Source: a virus (Duplodnaviria > Heunggongvirae > Uroviricota > Caudoviricetes). From it: a stretch of DNA of 64,000 nt. This document shows, piece by piece, positions 29,371 to 35,879 of the stretch. Where the stretch lies: IMG/VR virus record IMGVR_UViG_3300032236_001858. The stretch is one strand, 5' to 3'. Every line of letters starts with the position of its first letter. The first letter of the stretch is position 1. The notes under the pieces were generated by a model, which was not told the origin of the DNA, made no database searches, and worked only from the letters and a program-made list of their open reading frames with translations. Position numbers and translations under genes: made by a program.

Positions 29371-30414
29371 ATGAGATATATTAAAACATACGAGTCATAT
29401 AAAACTAACAAACTTCTTCAAGAAGATTTTGACAGAAAGATAACTATTCTACATAATGTAGAATTAGATGGTACAGATGAAGAACTTTTTAGAAGAATTT
29501 TTGACAAAGTTGTTGAATCTATCAAAGATGAATCTATTAAACAAGAAATCAAGAATTATGTTTCTGAAAATCAATTACTAAATGAAGGATTTTTTGATAA
29601 ATTAAAAGAAAGATTTCCTAAAGCGGCTCAAGTTTCTAAATCACTTTCGGATAAAGCTGAAGGTATTTTAAGTAATATCTTACAAAAGGTTAAAGATGCT
29701 GTTTCTTTTGTTAAAAAGATTACTGAAGGTATATCAGAGTTTTTCAAAATGGCTATTGAAAAAGGTAAAGCTTTTTATATTGAGCAATTGAAAACTGGTC
29801 AGTTAAAATCAAAAGTAGATGAATTAGTTAAAACTAAAAAAGAAGGTCTGAAGACTGATTTATTTACAATTGAAAGTGTTCTTAATTTTTATAGAGTAGA
29901 TTTTATGGGTAAGATTAATAATACTATTACAACCAATCTTACTAACTTCTTAAATAAAGAACAAACTCCAATTGCAGAATCTATGTTAAATGAAGGTGGT
30001 AATGTTATTTCTACTTTAGTTCATGGTATTGAAGCTATTCCACCATTCTCTTGGTTGGAAGCCCTTGCTAAATCTGGTGAAAAGGGTGCTGCCGCAGTTA
30101 TTGCTGCTTTAAGCTCTTTAACTCAAAAATTAGGTGGTCATGCTTTTCAACTTCCAGTTGTTGCTATTTTAATTGGTTTACTTATAGAACAAATCATTAA
30201 AGGCCAAGCAGGTCACTGGTTATTAGAATTAGCTGGTCCTACTCCACTAGGAATGGCAATTAAAGGTATTAAAATGACAGCTTCTATAATAGCACTTATT
30301 GTTGCCATTGATTCTGTTGTTGGTGGTCAATTGGGTATTGTTAATAATCATCACGATGACCACACCGAACACGGTGAACATGCAGAAACTGAGACTACTG
30401 AAAACACAGCATAA
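29371..30414 (+). CDS. tagged protein with C-terminal hydrophobic helices
   Basis: MRYIKTYESY; LLQE/LLNE/MLNE sites; Gly/Ala-rich hydrophobic C-terminus. Confidence 0.7.
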   Translation: MRYIKTYESYKTNKLLQEDFDRKITILHNVELDGTDEELFRRIFDKVVESIKDESIKQEIKNYVSENQLLNEGFFDKLKERFPKAAQVSKSLSDKAEGILSNILQKVKDAVSFVKKITEGISEFFKMAIEKGKAFYIEQLKTGQLKSKVDELVKTKKEGLKTDLFTIESVLNFYRVDFMGKINNTITTNLTNFLNKEQTPIAESMLNEGGNVISTLVHGIEAIPPFSWLEALAKSGEKGAAAVIAALSSLTQKLGGHAFQLPVVAILIGLLIEQIIKGQAGHWLLELAGPTPLGMAIKGIKMTASIIALIVAIDSVVGGQLGIVNNHHDDHTEHGEHAETETTENTA

Positions 30415-30416
30415 AT

Positions 30417-30448
30417 AAAAAGAGGAAGTTAAAAACTTCCTCTTTTTT
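30417..30448. terminator. bidirectional terminator
   Basis: AAAAAGAGGAAGT-TAAAA-ACTTCCTCTTTTTT. Confidence 0.85.
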
Positions 30449-30782
30449 ATCTTATTAAAGTAACATAACCTTTTTGAGCCATCATAGTTCCATCACAATC
30501 ATATGTGATATACCAGTTATAAATTCCTAAATCTTGAACAACTCCATTAAAAGTTCCATCCCATCTTTTATCATTTAATTGAGATTCAAAAACGGTTTGA
30601 CCCCATTTATTTTTAATTATAAAATTTAATATTTTATAATGATTACCAATTGGTCCAAAGGAATCGTTTTTACCATCATTATTTGGTGTAAAAGCGGATG
30701 GTAATGATAAAACACAAGATTGAGATCTACCTAAATTAATAACACCTATTAAAAGCGCTATCATAAGCAATGTTTTTTTCAT
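30447..30782 (-). CDS. stand-alone T9SS type-B C-terminal domain with signal peptide
   Basis: Signal peptide followed directly by LPSAFTPNNDGKND..WGQTVF..WDG..GYVTLIR. Confidence 0.82.
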   Translation of the reverse strand: MKKTLLMIALLIGVINLGRSQSCVLSLPSAFTPNNDGKNDSFGPIGNHYKILNFIIKNKWGQTVFESQLNDKRWDGTFNGVVQDLGIYNWYITYDCDGTMMAQKGYVTLIR

Positions 30783-30966
30783 AAATTATAACGTTATTTT
30801 CTTTATATATAATACTGATAATCAAATGTTTTTATATTTTTTTAAAACAAATTAGGTTATTTAAAATAAACATCCTATCTTTGTATAACAAAACGAAAAA
30901 ATAAATTACAAATTAAAAAAAGATTAAAAAAGATTAAAAAAATTAGGTAGAATTAAAACTTTTTCT

Positions 30967-31016
30967 TAATTTTGTATAAAATAAGTCAAAAGGGACAAAA
31001 ACTTTTTAATATATAC
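30967..31016 (+). promoter_or_regulatory. tandem promoter block upstream of leader C
   Basis: TAATTTTG...AAAAGGGACAAAAACTTTTTAATATATAC. Confidence 0.7.
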
Positions 31017-31020
31017 AACA

Positions 31021-31128
31021 ATGACAACAATGAATTTAAATATGAATATGAATCTAACGGTGGTGCTTAATACATTATGTATTAGACGCTCTGAGGGCTT
31101 CGTCATATCTAAACGATTTGTTGACTAA
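31021..31128 (+). CDS. attenuator leader peptide C: MTTMNLNMNMNLTVVLNTLCIRRSEGFVISKRFVD
   Basis: First 21 codons are all M/T/N/L/V/C/I; TCTGAGGGCTTCG (31090-31102) is complementary to CGAAACCCTCAGA. Confidence 0.87.
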   Translation: MTTMNLNMNMNLTVVLNTLCIRRSEGFVISKRFVD

Positions 31129-31160
31129 ATGTATAACAAATTTTATAAAGGATAAAATCG

Positions 31161-31193
31161 AAACCCTCAGACAAAAAATCTGAGGGTTTTTTT
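31161..31193 (+). terminator. attenuator terminator C
   Basis: AAACCCTCAGA-CAAAAAA-TCTGAGGGTTT + T tract. Confidence 0.9.
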
Positions 31194-31208
31194 ATATGTA
31201 ATAAATTT

Positions 31209-31280
31209 GGGGTGGTAGCTTAATGGTGAAGCAATCGGCTGTTAACCGATAGATTATAGGTTCGAATCCTATCCACCCCG
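31209..31280 (+). tRNA. tRNA-Asn (GTT)
   Basis: ATCGG-CT GTT AA-CCGAT, G73. Confidence 0.9.
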
Positions 31281-31291
31281 CAAAAATAAAC

Positions 31292-31376
31292 TGGTAGGTA
31301 CCCGAGCGGTCTTCAGGGACTAGTCTGATATACTAGGTGAGAAATCACGACGTGGGTTCAAATCCCACCCTACCAA
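31292..31376 (+). tRNA. tRNA-Ile (GAT) with long variable arm
   Basis: CTAGT-CT GAT AT-ACTAG; V-arm GTGA-GAAA-TCAC. Confidence 0.8.
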
Positions 31377-31382
31377 CAACAT

Positions 31383-31454
31383 TCACTGGTAGCTCAGAGG
31401 CAGAGCAACCGCCTGTTAAGCGGTAGGTCGGGATATCGTAATTCACCCAGTGAG
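31383..31454 (+). tRNA. tRNA-Asn (GTT), weak T arm
   Basis: ACCGC-CT GTT AA-GCGGT; T loop ATCGTAA. Confidence 0.75.
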
Positions 31455-31460
31455 CAAAAC

Positions 31461-31539
31461 GCCTCAGTAGCCGAGGTCGCCTTCTAAGCGACTAATCGTA
31501 ACGGAACTGAAAATGTAGGTTCGAATCCTACCTGGGGTA
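31461..31539 (+). ncRNA. D-armless tRNA-like RNA, anticodon TCT
   Basis: GCCTCAG/CTGGGGT-A, GTCGC-CT TCT AA-GCGAC, canonical T arm, 8 nt in place of the D arm. Confidence 0.7.
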
Positions 31540-31594
31540 CAAAAAAAAGGGACACTAGTCTTATTAATATATAAGTAAAATGTAGGTTTGTATT

Positions 31595-32425
31595 ATGTTA
31601 GACTTTGAAAATATTCAAAAAGACTTTGAAAGTGGTCTTTTTTATCAAAAAGATATACTAATTAAGTATAGTATATCAATTAAAAAATTAAGAACTTTTG
31701 TAAAAAAAGGTTTATTGAATAAAGAAAATTGGAAATTAAAAAAATATGAAGTAAAAAGAGAAACAAAAAAGTTAATATCAGAAGGTAGAAAAAAATGGTT
31801 GAAAGAAAATACATCTAAACATCCTTGGAGAAATGGAAATAAATCTAAGCCTTGTGAGGAGTTTAAGAAATTCTTAAAAAGTAGGAATATTTTCTTTTTG
31901 GAAGAGGTTATGATTTCAAAAGAAAGATTCTATTCGGTTGATATTTTAATACCTGAGTTCACTTCGGTTGTAGAAATTAATGGTAATCAACATTATAAAT
32001 CTAATGGAGAACTTAAAGATTACTATAGTGAAAGAAATAGTTTTATAAAAAATAAAGGATGGTCGATATATGAAGTACACTACTCAATTGTTTATAATTT
32101 AGAAATGTGTGATTCTATTTTAGAAAATATTAAAAATAATAATAAAATCGATATACCATTTTATATAAAAAATAAGAAAGAAAAAAAATATAAGAATAGG
32201 GAAGAGTACTGGAATAAAAGAAAAATTAATAAATTGAATAGTTATAGTGAAAGATTAAATGAATTAAAAAACAGTAGTATAGATTTTAAAAAGATTGGAT
32301 GGGTTAAACTAGCATCTGAGATATTAAAAGTTAAAAATGTAAATAAACTATTAAAAGAAATCGATCCAGAATTTTATAAAAATTGTTATAAAAGAAAACA
32401 AAATGCCGAGGTGGTGGAATGGTAG
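31595..32425 (+). CDS. free-standing DUF559/Vsr-like endonuclease inserted in the tRNA array (probable homing endonuclease)
   Basis: YSVDILIPE..VVEINGNQHY; Lys-rich; stop codon lies inside the tRNA-Leu D loop. Confidence 0.75.
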   Translation: MLDFENIQKDFESGLFYQKDILIKYSISIKKLRTFVKKGLLNKENWKLKKYEVKRETKKLISEGRKKWLKENTSKHPWRNGNKSKPCEEFKKFLKSRNIFFLEEVMISKERFYSVDILIPEFTSVVEINGNQHYKSNGELKDYYSERNSFIKNKGWSIYEVHYSIVYNLEMCDSILENIKNNNKIDIPFYIKNKKEKKYKNREEYWNKRKINKLNSYSERLNELKNSSIDFKKIGWVKLASEILKVKNVNKLLKEIDPEFYKNCYKRKQNAEVVEW

Positions 32426-32487
32426 ACACGCTAGCCTTAGAAGCTAGTACCCGCAAGGGTGTGTGGGTTCGAGTCCCACCCTCGGTA
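32405..32487 (+). tRNA. tRNA-Leu (TAG)
   Basis: CTAGC-CT TAG AA-GCTAG, long V-arm. Confidence 0.92.
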
Positions 32488-32512
32488 CTGAAGTGAAACG
32501 AAAGTTCACTAC
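32487..32512 (+). repeat. 26-nt hairpin repeat after tRNA-Leu (copy 1)
   Basis: ACTGAAGTGAAACGAAAGTTCACTAC, identical at 33320. Confidence 0.8.
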
Positions 32513-32521
32513 AAAAAAAAT

Positions 32522-32607
32522 TGATAGGTTGCCGTAGTGGCCGAACGGTCCGGACTGTTAATCCGGTGACGAATAGTCCATCGTGGGTTCGAATCCCACC
32601 CTGTCAG
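32522..32607 (+). tRNA. tRNA-Asn (GTT) with long variable arm
   Basis: CCGGA-CT GTT AA-TCCGG; V-arm GAC-GAATA-GTC; U1:A72, G73. Confidence 0.82.
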
Positions 32608-32614
32608 CAAATAT

Positions 32615-32686
32615 AGTCCTGTAGCTTAATGGGAAAGCGCTTGCCTTACATGCAAGAGAGAGTCGGATCGTTACCGACCAGGACTA
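32615..32686 (+). tRNA. tRNA-Val (TAC)
   Basis: CTTGC-CT TAC AT-GCAAG; T loop ATCGTTA. Confidence 0.88.
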
Positions 32687-32692
32687 CAAAAT

Positions 32693-32766
32693 TGGACTGT
32701 AGCTCATTTGGTTAGAGCGCCACGCTGATACCGTGGAGGTGGTCGGATCGTAACCGACCAGTCCAA
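32693..32766 (+). tRNA. tRNA-Ile (GAT)
   Basis: CCACG-CT GAT AC-CGTGG; T loop ATCGTAA. Confidence 0.88.
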
Positions 32767-32772
32767 CAACAA

Positions 32773-32856
32773 GGTACTATGGCCGAGTGGAGTCTTTAAG
32801 ACGGGAGGCAGTGGTCTGCAAAACTTCTCACACTGGTTCGAATCCAGTTAGTACCT
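32773..32856 (+). tRNA. tRNA-Cys (GCA) with hairpin inserted in the D loop
   Basis: CT GCA AA loop, U73, D-loop insert GTCT-TTA-AGAC. Confidence 0.8.
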
Positions 32857-32861
32857 CAAAC

Positions 32862-32933
32862 GCTTCTTAAGCATTAATGGTGATGCACTAGTCTTGTAAA
32901 CTAGAGAAATCGGATCGTTACCGGTAAGAAGCT
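32862..32933 (+). tRNA. tRNA-Thr (TGT)
   Basis: CTAGT-CT TGT AA-ACTAG; T loop ATCGTTA. Confidence 0.88.
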
Positions 32934-32939
32934 CTAAAT

Positions 32940-33011
32940 TGTTCTGTAGCTCAATGGTAGAGCGCTTCTGTGACATGGAAGAGGTAGTCGGATCGTTACC
33001 GACCAGGACAA
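32940..33011 (+). tRNA. tRNA-Val (GAC)
   Basis: CTTCT-GT GAC AT-GGAAG; T loop ATCGTTA. Confidence 0.85.
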
Positions 33012-33025
33012 CAAAATAATGGATG

Positions 33026-33111
33026 GTGATTAAGAGTGTTACTTCGTGAAATGGTATACACATTTGTCTTAAAAACAAACTTTTGAGGGTTCAAGTCCCT
33101 CAGTAAAATCA
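33026..33111 (+). pseudogene. degenerate tRNA-Leu (TAA)-like element
   Basis: Leu-type D arm, TTTGT-CT TAA AA-ACAAA and T arm, but no V-arm and an interrupted acceptor stem. Confidence 0.5.
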
Positions 33112-33136
33112 CTCTTTGAACTTTCCTCCATTATAT

Positions 33137-33220
33137 GCCGATGTGGCTCAGTGGCGACAGCACTGGTTTTGTAAACCAGAGACGAATAGTCCAACGGGGG
33201 TTCGAGTCCCTCCATCGGCT
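33137..33220 (+). tRNA. tRNA-Thr (TGT) with long variable arm
   Basis: CTGGT-TT TGT AA-ACCAG; V-arm GAC-GAATA-GTC. Confidence 0.82.
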
Positions 33221-33235
33221 CAAAATAAATCACCT

Positions 33236-33320
33236 GCCTGGGTGGTGGAACGGTAGACACGCTGGACTTAAAATCCAGTGGGCAGTAATGCCCGTGAGGG
33301 TTCGAGTCCCTCTCCAGGTA
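33236..33320 (+). tRNA. tRNA-Leu (TAA)
   Basis: CTGGA-CT TAA AA-TCCAG, long V-arm. Confidence 0.92.
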
Positions 33321-33345
33321 CTGAAGTGAAACGAAAGTTCACTAC
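33320..33345 (+). repeat. 26-nt hairpin repeat after tRNA-Leu (copy 2)
   Basis: Identical to 32487-32512. Confidence 0.8.
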
Positions 33346-33351
33346 TAAATT

Positions 33352-33422
33352 ATTGGGATAGTTTAATGGTAAATCGTGGGCCTGATATGCCCGTGTTCTT
33401 GGTTCGATTCCAGGTCTCAATA
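33352..33422 (+). tRNA. tRNA-Ile (GAT)
   Basis: GGGC-CT GAT AT-GCCC. Confidence 0.8.
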
Positions 33423-33427
33423 CAAAC

Positions 33428-33499
33428 TTCGATATGGCCTATTGGTAGGGTGCAGGGGGACATGTTCCTGAGGACTTGGTTCGATTCCAGGTATCGATA
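33428..33499 (+). pseudogene. tRNA with aberrant 8-nt anticodon loop (Val GAC- or Met-derived)
   Basis: Intact acceptor and T arms; CAGGG-GGACATGT-TCCTG. Confidence 0.5.
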
Positions 33500-33506
33500 C
33501 AAACAT

Positions 33507-33593
33507 CGCGGGGTAGAGTAGAGGTCAAACTCACTGGGCTCATAACCCAGGGTTGCGCAAGTGACACGTCAGGTTCGAATCCTGCCCCCGCTA
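33507..33593 (+). tRNA. initiator-type tRNA-Met (CAT) with long variable arm
   Basis: C1:U72 mismatch, CTGGG-CT CAT AA-CCCAG with three G:C pairs, extended V region. Confidence 0.8.
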
Positions 33594-33599
33594 CAACAA

Positions 33600-33672
33600 G
33601 CAGTCATCGTATAGTAGGTGATTACACCACCTTGGTACGGTGGAGATTCCGGTTCGAATCCGGGTGATTGCT
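33600..33672 (+). tRNA. tRNA-Thr (GGT)
   Basis: CCACC-TT GGT AC-GGTGG. Confidence 0.88.
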
Positions 33673-33677
33673 CAAAT

Positions 33678-33758
33678 GCCCAGATGGTGGAATGGTATAC
33701 ACGCCAGTCTAAGAAGCTGGTTCCTTCGGGATTGAGAGTTCGAGTCTCTCTCTGGGCA
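33678..33758 (+). tRNA. tRNA-Leu (AAG)
   Basis: CCAGT-CT AAG AA-GCTGG, Leu-type D and V arms. Confidence 0.88.
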
Positions 33759-33766
33759 CAACATAC

Positions 33767-33851
33767 GCCGGTGTGATCCGATGTGGTAATGGAGTTCGGC
33801 TCATATCCGAATTGGTTTATCCTATTGCTGGTTCGACTCCAGCCACCGGTA
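33767..33851 (+). tRNA. tRNA-Met or Ile2 (CAT) with extended variable region
   Basis: TTCGG-CT CAT AT-CCGAA; identity not resolvable by eye. Confidence 0.72.
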
Positions 33852-33856
33852 CAAAT

Positions 33857-33937
33857 GTCAGAATGGTGGAATGGTATACACGCTAGTTTCAAAAACTAGT
33901 GCCGAAAGGTATGAGAGTTCAAATCTCTCTTCTGATA
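33857..33937 (+). tRNA. tRNA-Leu (CAA)
   Basis: CTAGT-TT CAA AA-ACTAG, V-arm GCC-GAAA-GGT. Confidence 0.9.
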
Positions 33938-33959
33938 CTCGATAAAATAAAAAATAAAA

Positions 33960-34241
33960 ATGGAAAAGATTATCGACATCGTTAGAGATAACGTTGCAAG
34001 ATTCGACTGGGCTTCTGAAGGAGTCCTCTACTACAAAGTAGAAACTGAAAAATATATCTATCACTTCCCAGTAGATATGAATAACAAAGAAGATGTGGGA
34101 ACAGCTAATTTTGAATCAGAACATAAGGCTATAAATCTTATGAGATATTTAAGAAAAGCATCAGAAAACTTAGAAAAAATTAAAAACGATTCAGGTACGC
34201 CTGATTGGAAAAAGACATTAAGAGTTACACAAAAAGTATGA
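33960..34241 (+). CDS. hypothetical protein
   Basis: 93-aa ORF coupled (ATGA) to LeuRS. Confidence 0.7.
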   Translation: MEKIIDIVRDNVARFDWASEGVLYYKVETEKYIYHFPVDMNNKEDVGTANFESEHKAINLMRYLRKASENLEKIKNDSGTPDWKKTLRVTQKV

Positions 34242-35503
34242 AAGATGAAAAGTATATATGCGTTATGTTTCCTTACCCAAGTGGTTCGGGATTGCATGTA
34301 GGTCACTTTTATAATTATGCTATAATTGATTCTTATTGTAGATACTTTAAATACAAAGGTCAACAAGTTTTTCAACCTTTTGGTTATGATGCCTTTGGTT
34401 TGCCGGCTGAAAACTATGCTAGAAAAGTAGGTCGTGATGCTAAAGATGTTACCTATGAAAACATCAGTCAATTTAGAAAACAGATGGAAAAGATGGATAC
34501 CAACTATCAAGAAATGTTGGTAACATCTGATCCTTCTTATCAAAAATGGACACAATGGTTGTTTTTGAAATTGAAAGAACATGGCTTGGCTTATAAAAAA
34601 GATGGTGAAGTAAATTGGTGTCCTTCTTGTGAAACCGTATTGGCTCGTGAACAAGTTAAATCTGATTGTTGTGAAAGATGTTCAACTAAGGTAGAAATGA
34701 AAACAATGAATCAGTGGTACTTTAAGATTACTGATTATAAAGAACGTTTGATTAAAAACTTGGATTGGATAGATTATCCAAAATCAACTATTAACGCGCA
34801 AAGAATGTGGTTGGAAAACTTGCACGATTGGTGTGTTTCTCGTCAAAGAAAATGGGGCTGTCCAATTCCAATAGAAGGTGAAACCGATACAATGGATACA
34901 TTTGTAGATTCTTCATTTTACTATGTTAGATATTGTGATGCTACTAATGATAATGAATTGTGTGCTAAAGATAAATATAAACAAGTAGATGTTTATGTTG
35001 GTGGTAATGAACACGCTTGTATGCACTTGATTTATGCTCGTTTTATTAATATGTTTTTGTATGATATTGGTGTTGTTTCAGAGGAAGAACCATTTAAGAA
35101 AGTTATACATCAAGGTATAATTTTGAACGAAGGTGAAAAAATGTCTAAAACAAAAGGTAATGTTATTAATCCAGATGATTATGACTCTGATGAATTGAGA
35201 TTTTATATGATGTTTATTGGTCATTATTTTGATGGTGGTTCTTGGTCTGACCAAAATATAGCTGGTATTAAAAGATTTATTAGTCGTTTTAAGGAGTGGA
35301 TGTCAAGAGAAGGTTCTGATACTTTTGATATTGAATCATTTAAGAAAAAAATATTTAACTACACTGAGAGTTTTAAGTTTAATAAAGTTGTTAGTGAGTT
35401 TATGACAATAGTTAATCAAAATAGAACTAAAAACATAACACCTGAGATAAAAAAAGAATTGATTGAATTGATTAAGGTGTATATGCCTGGAATTAAAATT
35501 TAA
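34238..35503 (+). CDS. leuS: minimal leucyl-tRNA synthetase (421 aa)
   Basis: MFPYPSG..LHVGH, GYDAFGLPAEN, Zn knuckle CPSC/CERC, DWCVSRQRKWG, MDTFVDSSFY, GGNEHA, KMSKT. Confidence 0.9.
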   Translation: MKDEKYICVMFPYPSGSGLHVGHFYNYAIIDSYCRYFKYKGQQVFQPFGYDAFGLPAENYARKVGRDAKDVTYENISQFRKQMEKMDTNYQEMLVTSDPSYQKWTQWLFLKLKEHGLAYKKDGEVNWCPSCETVLAREQVKSDCCERCSTKVEMKTMNQWYFKITDYKERLIKNLDWIDYPKSTINAQRMWLENLHDWCVSRQRKWGCPIPIEGETDTMDTFVDSSFYYVRYCDATNDNELCAKDKYKQVDVYVGGNEHACMHLIYARFINMFLYDIGVVSEEEPFKKVIHQGIILNEGEKMSKTKGNVINPDDYDSDELRFYMMFIGHYFDGGSWSDQNIAGIKRFISRFKEWMSREGSDTFDIESFKKKIFNYTESFKFNKVVSEFMTIVNQNRTKNITPEIKKELIELIKVYMPGIKI

Positions 35504-35506
35504 ATT

Positions 35507-35535
35507 AAAAAAGTCCTCTATTTTAGAGGACTTTT
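35507..35535. terminator. bidirectional terminator
   Basis: AAAAAAGTCCTCTA-TTT-TAGAGGACTTTT. Confidence 0.85.
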
Positions 35536-35588
35536 AATTTATTTAAGATTTTAAATATACACAATAAATGTTTATCACTATCATATCT

Positions 35589-35858
35589 TTATTTATCAGC
35601 TATAGTTAGTTTTAATCTTATTGTTGTATTTTCATCTGTGATATTACCAGTAGTTACTCTAACACCTTTTACCCAAACTTCTGACTCATTTACTTTAAAA
35701 GCATTAGTAAGATTTAATCTACTAATTGATTGAGTTAAAAAATCGGCTACTGATAAGTCAGTATCTAACTTCATATCAAATGAAGGTGATGGGTAAGAAC
35801 TTTTATTGCTCTTTGAATCTACATAAGTAATATCTGATTTAACGTGAAATAGTTTCAT
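35589..35858 (-). CDS. hypothetical protein
   Basis: 89-aa ORF. Confidence 0.6.
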   Translation of the reverse strand: MKLFHVKSDITYVDSKSNKSSYPSPSFDMKLDTDLSVADFLTQSISRLNLTNAFKVNESEVWVKGVRVTTGNITDENTTIRLKLTIADK

Positions 35859-35879
35859 ATTTATTTTTATTATTTTTTA

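Noticed and set aside
31481-31487. Amber suppressor reading of CTTCTAA
   Set aside because: The 5-bp stem fixes positions 34-36 as TCT, not CTA
32848-34654. ORF-track calls across array C and antisense to leuS
   Set aside because: Overlap tRNAs or a well-supported CDS; no motifs
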